The notes beneath the pieces are model-generated. The model did not search any database and had not been told where the DNA came from. It worked only from the letters and a program-made list of their open reading frames with translations. From NCBI GenBank assembly GCA_051362555.1, contig CM120641.1:25736401-25800400 (forward strand): a stretch of DNA of 64,000 nucleotides, read 5' to 3'. Below are positions 27,301 through 52,366 of the stretch, piece by piece. The position numbers were made by a program, and so were the translations under genes. This stretch comes from Lingula anatina. Taxonomy: Eukaryota; Animalia; Brachiopoda. Each line of letters opens with the position of its first letter. Position 1 is the first letter of the stretch.

Positions 27301-30133
27301 TACTGATATTGTATATATAAGCTCATAAACTTATCATGATGTATGATATACACATATAACAGCATATAAATGTATGATCATAGTAATATGCATGTAAAGG
27401 TGCAGTCAAAATAGTACCAGCTTTGACATGACATCATCTGACCTTACCTAAGCAGACATGCTGAAAACTTTTCAGAATGGCCAGACATTTGGACCGGCAA
27501 TAATGAAAAATTTGCCGGACCTAATGGATTTTTGTTGGACCGAAAATCACTCTATTTGTTTGAGACAGATACTACCATTATGATTAGGGAAGCTTACTTT
27601 GTTTGTGAATGTGATATAGTTTTGAAATGGAAGGGAAAAAAACGCTTTGGGTTTTATATAGTTTTATTAGTGAAGTATGTTGAAAGATGACTGTAAATTC
27701 AAAATTGCTATTCTTAAAACTCTTGTCTGGTCCAGACAAATTTTCCCGGTCATGACCGATCGGACCGACAGTTTCAGCATGTCTGCCTAAGGATCAGTTC
27801 AGGAAGTGAGCCCAGCCAAAAGCTATCGTAGCCAACAATTTCAAGGGGGGGGGGGTCCTTTTTACCCCCATAGTTTAACCAAATTGATAAAATGGCATAG
27901 AACCTACTTACCAGTAAATTTAATTTGATTTATACTATTATAGTGGATCTTTTCCAGTCAAAATGGCTGTTCTTTCACCCCCCCCCCCCCCACCCCACCC
28001 CCCATGGCCATACACCTGTGGCCCAGAGTTTGATCATGTGGCAAGAAATGCAAGTAGAATATTCAGGTTTCAGTTGGTACAAGTCTGAATGCACCTTAAA
28101 TTGCACACAGCTTCCACTAAGTTTGATATCGTGGGATAGATGTATTAATTAATTATGTACAAAAGGTTTATTATAGTGCATTATTATTGGTCTTGGCTTC
28201 ATGTGGTTGATGAGGACAGGTTTGGAGAAATGACATATGGAACATGGCGCAAGAATGTGTTTGTTTTTCATCCATGTAACTGTGTTGGAAATTTCCAAGA
28301 TTTCCTTGCAACTCCATGTATGGTGCATCTTGATTGGTGCAGACTTGTTGAACTTTGAGCATGCTCAGAATGCCTCCTCCTGGGCACTTGTTACGTCTAT
28401 AAAATGACAAGCTCTAATATAAAATAAAGAAACAAAAATTAAAAAGTGAAGAGTCAGAATTAACCTACCATTTAGTGAGCCTTACCTACAAGTGTATTCA
28501 AATAACTTAAACTTTGTATAACATAAAAGAAAACTAATCACTGATGTTTTTCACATATATCATCAAAAAGACATTATATTTCTGTATATGCATTGATAAG
28601 TATCCTATTATTTTAGAGTCTAGGAGTATTTTTTTTACTGTTTTATGGCCCGTGTGAGTTGATATGTCCCATTAGTAACCCTTTGCTTCTTTGCTTTCAC
28701 CACTAATCAGGAGTGAAATATTTAGATGGCCCCCATCCCCATCACTTGCTTATTTGCTCTAGTTCCCAGTTGTGATTTCCATGGCATGCATTAGTCCCAT
28801 GATAAGATGTGATATTATGCTTTTGTGAGTAAATTGTAGAAAGTATAGAATTTTTTTTTTTTTTTTTTTTGTAATTTAATAGATGTTAAATTCTGTTCTA
28901 GTACTGCATTTATTTTACCTCCTTTCACAACTAATTCTATGTAAGATATTTCCATGAATATATTCTTTTCTTTGGGGCGGGGGGAGGAGGGGGTTAGTGT
29001 GTTCATTTTTATTTTGCAATGAGTGCCATGAAGTATTAACCATCTACATTGAATTGAACCATTTTCACGATTGATACTCCACCAGTGTGAATTTCAAGTA
29101 GATCAAATCATCATTATGAATGTTTTTACTCGTTATTATTTTTAGAAATGGACTTTAATGTCTCAGGAAGTGGGTCAGATTCCTCCTCCACGCACAATCA
29201 AGGGTTACCATACACTGTTCTGCCGCCAAGTCCAAAGTTGGAGCAAGACTCCCAGGCTACGGCGATGGCAGCGTCACCACCACCATTTAACCAGTCACCA
29301 GGGGCTGGAACGGGGCAGTTAAATGTGACGCCTCCACAAAGTGAAACCAGTATGAGCTCCAGCCTTGAAGTGTATGTATATCTCCATCTGTAATATGGTT
29401 TTGTTCTTTGATATTTTTCTGATTTTAAAACTAGTGACTTATTTTTAGCATCTAATTACATTGTACTTTTTTAAGAAAGACAAAATAAGGAAATGTGCAA
29501 TTCATGTGAGCCTTTCAAATGTAGGGATTTAAAGCAATTTCTTTCCATATCAGGTCTCCCAGTCCTAAAATATCTAGACGAACAACAAAGAAGCATGCTC
29601 CAGCACCTCCATCTGACAAGACACACAAAAGACAATATTCAGACTCAAAACCATATGGACAACATGTTGAACAATCTCCTCCAAACCAGTCAACAGCCAC
29701 TGGCAACCAGGAGGTGCCTCAAATCCAGGTGCCATCTCCAGAAACTTCTCCACACCAGACAGGATCACTAGAAAGGCCAAAGGTGGCGCCACCTGACAGA
29801 CCAACAGGGAAACCTCCAGAGAGACCAGAAAGGCCACATGCACCTTCAGAGAAAAAGAATGCAGCAGTTTTAGAGAGACCATCAGGGACGTTAAATGAGC
29901 CCCCTAGGGCACAGGGGGATACCGTAGATGCATCACCCTTTAGCCAGCCACCCCCTTCTCCTCCCGAGCGCCCCAAAGTTCCACCCCCTGACAGGCCTCA
30001 TTTACCACCCCCAGAGAGGCCTCATCCACCAGCAAAACCAGGCTCTATGAAACCAGCCCGCCCTCAGCCTCCACCCCCACCCCCTCCTGCAAAAGGGAGA
30101 CAAAATAGTGAATCGGATTCTACAAAACTCTGA
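9584..30133 (+). CDS. ARHGAP17: BAR-domain RhoGAP of the ARHGAP17/ARHGAP44/SH3BP1 (RICH/Nadrin) family; about 718 aa without and 964 aa with the optional large exon
   Basis: Exons: 9584-9654, 15942-16083, 17644-17720, 18217-18328, 18729-18805, 19258-19447, 19931-20012, 20343-20470, 20815-20862, 21233-21381, 21630-21707, 22110-22226, 22588-22667, [25677-26414 optional], 29146-29371, 29554-30133. N-terminus [23 protein letters not shown], arginine finger [48 protein letters not shown], Pro-rich tail ending STKL. Probably co-orthologous to vertebrate ARHGAP17, ARHGAP44 and SH3BP1. Confidence 0.93.
14284..14498. mobile_element. MITE of about 215 bp, PIF/Harbinger-like
   Basis: Imperfect TIRs (..TTCCCATAGATT / AATCTATGGAAA..) flanked by TTA; a related copy lies in opposite orientation at 15104-15331. 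Confidence 0.6.
15104..15331. mobile_element. Second, inverted and diverged copy of the 14284-14498 MITE family
   Basis: Reverse-complement similarity along the full length (TCTCACTAGATTACT vs AGTAATCTAGTGAGA; AGCTGTAAGGGG vs CCCCTTACAGCT); flanked by CTA. Confidence 0.6.
19467..19840. repeat. Direct tandem duplication of about 200 bp in ARHGAP intron 6
   Basis: AGTTGAGAT(C/A)AAATAATGCAAATTAAA...CCATTTCTCACAAAGAGATATCGAT occurs at about 19467 and 19666. Confidence 0.85.
22703..22959. mobile_element. Near-perfect palindromic MITE, PIF/Harbinger-like
   Basis: GGCTTCGTTCACATGCAATGTCTATTTTCT ... AGAAAATAGACATTGCATGTGAACGAAGCC; the arms span almost the whole 257 bp; TTA duplication at 22700-22702 and 22960-22962. 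Confidence 0.85.
23170..23303. repeat. Minisatellite of about 40 bp, about 3.5 copies
   Basis: ACAGATGGCAT...TGATGCCAGTG units. Confidence 0.7.
27453..27785. mobile_element. Non-autonomous TIR element with hAT-like CAG..CTG ends and a 6-bp TSD
   Basis: TIR CAGACATGCTGAAA / TTTCAGCATGTCTG; CCTAAG at 27447-27452 and 27786-27791; subterminal GGACC repeats. Confidence 0.75.
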
Positions 30134-32819
30134 CCTGTGACAGGAATTTTTTGAGATCTCTGAATGAATTGCATGTCAACTAGACCAGCTCTGTCCCACT
30201 GCTGCTGCACCCTTGTGTGGATTTCCAGTGAATATGTGTATGAAGACACATGCAGGACCGGTCTAGTTCCGAGGTGGTTAACTCTCCTCTCATTCACTGA
30301 AATTTCATAGTACGTAAAAATCCAGGATCATTTTGCCTGTGTCAGTTATAGAGGGAGCACTGTGTACTGGTATTAATGCAACTGCTGAAGATTGCAGAGA
30401 TCCAACTTTTTAGTACAGGAGAATATTCCTTTTAACACTACAGATATTGGATATGATACAAGGCAATATGCTAGGAAATTGTTTCATAGCAGATCTTAAA
30501 CAGGGTGAAGCCCACAGAAGCAAGTTATTTTTTTTCCAAAGCTAATTGCTGCAAGGTGGGAAGTGACGTTGCAGTAGATCAATACAACTTGTAAGAAAGT
30601 GATGACGATAATGATATTATCACCAACACCATAAAAGACTTAAAACTGGATCATTAAAAACATGACAAATAAGTTTTGAAGATGTTTATAATTGTATGCA
30701 GTAAAGGCACATTTTACATGCTTGGAATTTCACCTTTTCAAAAGTATGCTGCGGGTTGCTACATTTGTGATGGTTATTATCCCTATAAAAAAGAAATAGA
30801 AAATTATAATAATAATAGTTTTGGCAATATGACCGTGCTGCAGCTTGTGTAAAGAACACTCCTGGCCATTGTGTAATTTATAAACTAAATGAAATCCATG
30901 AGTAAACTTTATTTGTACAAGGTCAGATGACGTCCCTAACAACAGACTTTATTAAAGAATCGACAAATAATATACAATCCATTACTGGATATTCATATAT
31001 GTGATGCTGTGAAGAGTTTGCTCATGAATATTATGATATTTTGAAGCTGTGTTTGTTGAAGATAAGCAAATTAGATACTGGTGTGCAATTAGTTAAGGCA
31101 AGGTGTGATAAATAAGAGCAGAGCAGCTTTTTGATGTCTTTTCAGTTAACCAGTTCTGTATGAAATTTTCCTTTCTGCTTAGGTATGAAAACAAAAATTA
31201 AAAAAAAAAAAAAATAGCAAGGAGAATATTTCTACACCACATTGAAAATCAGTTTTTTCTTTTCATATTTTCCACAGGGTTGTCACTCATGTACTTTAAT
31301 CTGCAATATCAGGAGCTTCCAGTGTTTATCTCTACCTAAATGCATCCAGAAGTTGCACCCAAAGCCATTTCTCTTTGTTTGGGTGTGAACCTCTTCCTGA
31401 TTACTATGGTGTTTGTGTCCCATTACACAGCACTTTATTTAAGAAGATAGCATGCACGTTCAGATTCTGGTGTATATTCACTGCTAATGGGCAACTTTTT
31501 CTCAATCAGATATCTAATTGTTTGATAGATATGAAAGATCATGATAAACAGAAAAATTAGTTTTTTTTCTTTTTTTATAAGAGATCCTTGTGTTGTCATA
31601 ACAATTTATCATTCAGAACAATTGAGCATTATCAGTTAATTTAAAATTGTTAAAACTTTAAAATATGTGCATGCTTTCATTACATATTAAATATTAGCAT
31701 AAACTATTTTTGCAATATCCTGTCCCCATTGTACAGGCTTTTTCCATTTGTTATATCACATATTTACCAACAGTTTATGAGTTGATACTGCTCTTTATGT
31801 ATACACCCTATTTGTCTTATTTTCTACAAATTGTGTACAAGGTGTGTACAATATTGATAAATCAGAAAGGAATGGAGCAATCTATGTGAGAGCAACTCTC
31901 AGTTACGACTTTGAGAGAAATAGTTGGAGGGTTCCTTGATTGAATGAGACGTTTTTATCACAAGGTTTTGTGCATTAGTATATGGTTCACTTGTAAAGAT
32001 ATGTATGGACTGAATTAAATGATTTATGTTAAATTACATCTTGATTCATGTTAATGAATATGTATACAAGTTGCTACAGAACTTTTTTTTCATGGTACTT
32101 TATAATTGAAAGAGACAAAGACAAAATTGACTTGCAAGCTTTATTATTGAAGAGTGAAATGCACTACCTACATATCATGTGCATATTTCTAATATAAAAT
32201 GTCCTAGTAATTCTTTTAATTCTTTTGGCAATATAAGTAAGATATTCTTCAATTTGACTTTTTTCCTGTGTAACAATGAAATATTGGGTTAATTATCTTC
32301 TGTTGACAAACCAAATTTTTTTTATCTTCACTGGACTTTCATGTCTTCACTGACTTCTTTCCCATGTATTCGGCTCTTATCAATACTGCCTGATGCCCTT
32401 CTGTGTTGGCTTTCCTTGTTTTTTAAGCTCAATACACAACTCTTTGTAAAATTACCCTTATGTATGGTAAAAAAGGATGAGTTTGTGTCAAATGTTCCAA
32501 GACCTAGGCAGAATGCCTACAGCACAGAACTGACACTCACTGAAACACACTATATTCAAACAGGCCCTGTGGCTGTCACAACTGTCCTGTATTAGACATA
32601 TTCAGCAGTACCATCTCTGAATTCATCTGATCTGTTCCAGTCACTGACATTTCTTTATTGATCCAATTCTCAGTGTCTATACAACTAACTTACTCTTGCT
32701 AAATCGTACCACAAAATGCTGTTGGAAATAAAAATCCTATCCCCTCCACAAAAACATGAATTAACATCTGCAATGTAATTTCCTACCCATTTCACGCATC
32801 ACAATAGAAAAATAATTTA

Positions 32820-34785
32820 TCACTTCGATAGATTTTCTAACATTCTCTTCTTAAGTGTAGGTAAAAGATCTAAATACTTATTGACACATTTTCCACCACA
32901 ATCTTTAAGAAACTTTTGAGTTAAAGTAGTGTTGTCTCCCTTGTTTCCAGCCTGGTCATTGGCCATGTCATGACAGTCCATAAAACATCTCTTTAATCGG
33001 TTCTGTAAAATATACATTTATGGTAAATACATAAATATCCTGGACAACAGAGGTTTAAGTACATGAGTATTTTTTCCTAATTAAATATTCAAAATGAAAA
33101 AAATTAAACCTTAAATATGAATAAATATGTGTGGGTGCTTGATTAATACAACCTAAAAGATATTAGTTCCTAGGAATCTAAAAATTAAAACTTAAAAAAC
33201 CTTTCAATGAAATCACATCATCTTAAGTGATTATTATGAAATTCTCTAAAATGTATTTAAAGGGATAACAACTAATCATATAAGGTTAAAAATTTCCCAC
33301 TGGAAACAAAACAAATATAATGAATTCAAATTTAGCACCAATCTGTGCCTGCTTTCCAACCATGTAGACCTTCATAGATGACTACCTATCTAATTTTGTC
33401 TGAAGAGATTATTACACAAACCATTGCCTGTTCTGAATGTTTAACCAGATTAATTAAATATTGTTAGTATGAGAAAATCATCGTTTACCTCAAGAAAACG
33501 GGGCCGTAGCAATAGTCTGAAGGTTCAATAGTCCGAAGGTTCATTGGTCAGAATATTCACTATACAACCTTTGGACCAATGAACCCTTGATTAAAAAATC
33601 GATGAAAATGTTACCATTTTTCGGACCAATGAACCTTCGGACCAATGAACCTTCGGACTATCGAGACGCCCCAATGAAAACCATTTTATGGCACTCATCT
33701 TTGAGCTTGGTTTTACTATCACTTATACTTACCTAAAAATATTTTATTGTATTGTATCTACTACAATTGTACTATGGATTCTTTGATTAAAATTTGGAGC
33801 TTTGAACATGCCCCCACATCCAAAATAAAAATCTGAGTTACCTGAAAGTTTCCAACCTCTTGTTCCACGTAAGCACTGGCTTTGTCAAATACTTCACCAC
33901 ACTTCTGGTTACACGACTGTCTTTCCTGGAAATCTAAATCCTTATTTTCACAGCACTTCGTAGCACACTTAAAGAAGTCAATCTGAAACAGAGAACACAT
34001 GTCCTAAGAAAGAAATCATAATACCAACAACAATACAAGTCGAACTCAAACACTTTAAGGTATGCTGACTTTCCTGCTAAATTGAATTTTTACTCGAAAA
34101 TAAAGTTTTCTCCTACTAAAGAATCCATTCCTTGGCCTTCCCCTGTGTATGGGATTTAATGTTTTATAACATTTATTATTGAATAATTTTACATGTAGTT
34201 AAAATCAAATGAGCAATTTAATATGCAGTTTTAAAACCACTGAATAATTTTACATGTAGTTTTTACTGTGTCTCGTTACACTTAGACCACCATGTGTACT
34301 TTTATGGGGGGGAGGTCAACAAATTTTAAGGCAAAAATTGGAAAAGACTGATTGCTTTGCAGGATACGAACTCGTAGACCCAGCAAACGACAAACATTTT
34401 CAAACATGGACAGAATACCTTACCATTAATAATTTCTTCAAAATCCAACATTACATATCAACGGTCATAAGTATAATAGATAACTTAATTTGTTAAAATG
34501 CAACAAGTAAGTGCGATAGCAGTGTAGGCAGTGTTGATCCCCACCCCCCACCAATCCCCTTACACACACAGCGGCCACTCTCAATCACTGCATCTCGTGT
34601 AACACGTGCTGAGGTTGCACAATTAAATAACTAGATAAAACCTATGTATATTTCCCCATAGTTTTAAATAACAAAATCAGATGTATTGAAATATTTACTT
34701 GAATAAATCTAAGGCGCTCCTTGTCAACTTCATCTATTGTCTTTTTTAAACTGTTTTCAAGGTGCGTTACAGGATTTTCAGCCAT
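32820..34785 (-). CDS. FAM136A: FAM136A homolog (twin Cx3C mitochondrial intermembrane-space protein), 3 exons, 136 aa
   Basis: Exons (minus strand): 34785-34699, 33982-33842, 33002-32820. Sequence MAENPVTHLE...LRFIQIDFFKCATKCCE...SCNQKC...EVGNFQNRLKRCFMDCHD...DCGGKCVNKYLDLLPTLKKRMLENL has the FAM136A Cys pattern. AATAAA at about 32654-32659 on the minus strand. Confidence 0.9.
33500..33672. mobile_element. Small MITE with inverted subterminal 16-bp repeats in a FAM136A intron
   Basis: GGGGC..GCCCC ends; (AATAGTCCGAAGGTTC)n on the left and (GAACCTTCGGACCAAT)n on the right; both flanks share GAAAAC. Confidence 0.6.
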
Positions 34786-35029
34786 GGTGCTAATGTGACC
34801 TTGAACTTTGTTATGCCATCGAAGACAAGCTACGAGTGTGTGCTTTTCATTTTAACAAAGATAATACGTATCGATATCTTATTTGCATTCTTAAGTATTT
34901 TGCACAATAAATATACAATATCAATATCAATTTCACTGAGACCTGCTGGCAACAGCCAGGAAACATACAGTAAACCAACCGGCTACTCGATCTTAAACGC
35001 CCTCTTGCGGGTAAAGGCCGTCATCCAAA
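34786..35029. promoter_or_regulatory. Bidirectional promoter between FAM136A and ADK
   Basis: 244 bp between divergent ATGs; TGACCTTGA (ERR-type site) at 34796-34804 and TATCGATA (DRE) at 34869-34876. Confidence 0.65.
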
Positions 35030-49161
<14,132 letters not shown>

Positions 49162-49337
49162 TAATAATGGTATTGGATCTTTAGTACATCTTTCACAACG
49201 AATGATGATAATGGTTATATATGTGCATTTGAAAGATGTGCAAACGTGTAACCTGTTGGAAGGTGTGACATAACAGATATTTTGATTGCATAAAACAATA
49301 TTTTATATGTTCTGAAAACCAATTATTAGACTCTATG

Positions 49338-49368
<31 letters not shown>

Positions 49369-49980
49369 AGATGTGAATAATCGTGTCTCAATAAAAACGC
49401 CTCTGGTCAGTAATTTCATTGCATTTGCTGTCATATATTTTCTTGTTCTAGTTGTTTACAGCGACTGTAGTCGTGTAGTTTCATTTCTTATCTGGACTAT
49501 GGTCTTTTGGCAGGCCTGTGTTCGCACGCACTTCTGTGTCATGTGGTATGTTTCTCCCAAGCGTCGTTACTTTCATACTTTTTCTCACAGCAAATTAAAA
49601 GCGAGGGGAAGTGTCAAGTATGTTGATTTGATAGTTCAGCCCGTTTTGCTTTTTTTCAGTGGCTCTTGCACAGAATTAACTGCGGTTCAGACCGTGCTTA
49701 TTTCTCTCAACGTGCATCGTTAATGAATGATTTAGAAAATGCCAGGTCGTAATAAAGAAAGGCCTGAAATTCCCAACTGTTTAGTGATAGATTTTCAAAG
49801 GTCGCATCTGAAAGTCAAAAGGCCATAAAGCAATAGGCACATATGCGTCACCCGTAACCAAAAAGTTTGGAAAAAAAACTTGAAGTATGATGCGTTTCGG
49901 GTATTGCCGCTTTTGTTTGTTTACATAGTTTGATAATGTTGTAGCTATTGCCGTGGGCCGCAAGCAGATGGAGCTGCTAG

Positions 49981-50322
49981 TCAGGCGTAATATTCCTTCG
50001 ACTGTTGCTGAAGTTTGTATGCACATTTGTCGCACGACCGCTCGAGGATAGTTAACGTAGCCCGGTCCTTTTTGCCATAATCTAGTAGCGGCGCTCCGCA
50101 GTCACAGAAGTTGATGTCTCTGGAACACACATAATAACATCCGGAGATCGAACATTGTACTAGTCCCAGAACCATCAGACAGGCCGCCGCCACTATAATT
50201 GCATGATCTTGCCACTGCGAAAACGATGACCAGAAGAGAAGTACAGCGCCCACGACAAGAAGCAGAACTCCAGATATAAATAAGATTGGCGTTGCATGCT
50301 TTGTAAATCTTGCATCAGTCAT
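49981..50322 (-). CDS. Uncharacterised single-exon small membrane protein, 113 aa, two TM helices and a Cys-rich C-terminal region
   Basis: MTDARFTKHATP-ILFISGVLLLVVGAVLLFW-SSFSQWQDH-AIIVAAACLMVLGLVQCSISGCYYVC...; ATG in AACATG context; higher GC than the flanks; promoter motifs directly upstream. Confidence 0.65.
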   Translation of the reverse strand: MTDARFTKHATPILFISGVLLLVVGAVLLFWSSFSQWQDHAIIVAAACLMVLGLVQCSISGCYYVCSRDINFCDCGAPLLDYGKKDRATLTILERSCDKCAYKLQQQSKEYYA

Positions 50323-50364
50323 GTTTGTTGTCTCCCTGATTCTTGTTTTCAAGGATGTGACGCG

Positions 50365-50400
50365 CAAATATAAGTGACGTCATTCTAGCGCGGCACGTGA
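50365..50400 (-). promoter_or_regulatory. Proximal promoter motifs of the two-TM gene: TATA-like, full CRE and E-box
   Basis: TTATATTT on the minus strand at about 50366-50373, TGACGTCA at 50375-50382, CACGTG at 50394-50399. Confidence 0.5.
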
Positions 50401-52366
50401 AGTGACACACGAGTACGCATGAACTGTTAGAGGATTCATCATTGGAAAACAGACAAAAAGACAATGCTCTAAAATGATGAACCCTTTCATGTAAATATAG
50501 CGGTGAATCGTTTTTATGTCATAGAAATTGTCATATGAAATTACTGGATTCTAGATAACTAAATATTCTTGCATGCCGAAGCCACATTTCGTCTCTCACA
50601 ATATGATATCAAATGTTGATATCCACGGCCTAGAATCTATTCGAATAATCAATCACCAACAAAGCAAACCCTAACATAGATCTATGAGATTTTATTATAG
50701 AGAAAATATCAATTTTTAGGTTTTTTGTATGCGCAGAGCTCTCTATCAAAACGTGCGTCCTTCTCCAAAACTAATGCTAGTTTAAAACTTCTGTAATTTA
50801 ATCTAAAAGAATTGTAGGCCTAGATCTAAACTGGGAATTTCCTAGCGAGCCAGTATGAAGCCCGGAACAAACCGATAGACTAAATAGCCAAAAAAAAAAA
50901 AACTGACTGAAAGGGATAACAACTTCATTTGACCAAAAATGGATTTCCTTGGAAAGGCCTAAACGACAATTTTCCCATACGTAGGCCTACCAATTGTTAA
51001 TGAATCCGTTCAGACATGCAAAGACAGTCCCTGTTTTTTTTCTTTCTTTTTTTAAAGAGATCATTACAGAGGGCAAGCACAGATTCTAAAATAATTGTGC
51101 TAACCGCCGCTTTGGCGGTAAAATGGAATTTATCATAGCCCTTATCTCTATGGGTGTTTGCAATGAATCTCATATGAAGAGTTATCATCCCTTTAAGATT
51201 TTTGTAAAACGATAGGTCACACTGTTTCAATTTTTGCCATTGTCAAATTTCAGATGATGGGATTATGCAAAACATTAACATAAATGTATATTAAATAGTA
51301 TAAATAAATAGGTTTACCCCAGAATAAGGTAGTCTAATTGTAGAGTAGCCGTAGTCACAGTCGACTATCAATTCGTATAGAACTTAAATTGACATATTTA
51401 AAGCGTTAAACGAACATTTAACATTTGCTAGTCCTGACATCAAAGTGAAAAGGAATTTTTCTCTCTCTTGCCTTGTTAAGCACTCGAAATCCTGTGCGAG
51501 TCCTAAAACTGAAGTTTCCTTGTCACTAGTACAGGTGCTTCGTTCAGTGTAGAATATGGTTTGTTTTTCTTCGAAAATCCAATTAAGATTGTGTCAGTCC
51601 CATTTACCTGAGCTATGGGAAATACTCTGCTAGATAACCATGGGCAGTTTTTTTTTTTTTTTTTGGTTTATTCAATAAAACATCTTGTTGGTTATCTTCT
51701 CCTACTGCGCATATCGCGACACGCCTTCATGGCAAAAGTGTGTTGGCGGATGCGATGATTCTAAACTCTGTCTTTGAACAGTTAATCTTTCACTTTTAAA
51801 AGCAGATGACTAAAATTGCTTCCTCGACCCACATACTTGAGCTCTTAATTTACTCGATCTTGCTGTTTGATGTGATGCAAAGTGATGCATTCTTGAAGTT
51901 ACAGTTAAACAAATTTATAAAGACAAAGGGAGTTCCAATGAAGTAGTGCTACTGTGCTTAGGCTTACGGGGCCGAACTTCAGCCAAACCATTCGGTGTTC
52001 ATCCAAATGGTATGTAGATTACACCGAGCTCTTGTATTTCCACAAGGTCCGCCATTGGCAAACTAAAGGGTTCTAATGCAGTAGAACATTGTAAAATGGT
52101 CTTGAAGAGAAGGGTTTGTTTGACTACAGTCGATACTGCTTTGAAAAATATATTCCCATTATTTGATTTTCGAAAATATAGGATAAAGTTCAAGCCATAT
52201 CGACATCGTGGGCCTTTTTTTCTCTCTCTCTTTTCACCGTTATAAACGACTTTTATAAATGTTGTCACAGAAAATATAGCCGATCTCTAAAATATACAAA
52301 GTACAACTGAGTTGTACATAATAGTTGCCTGGACGCAGTCTCTTCACAGATCAACTGCCGTGGCCA

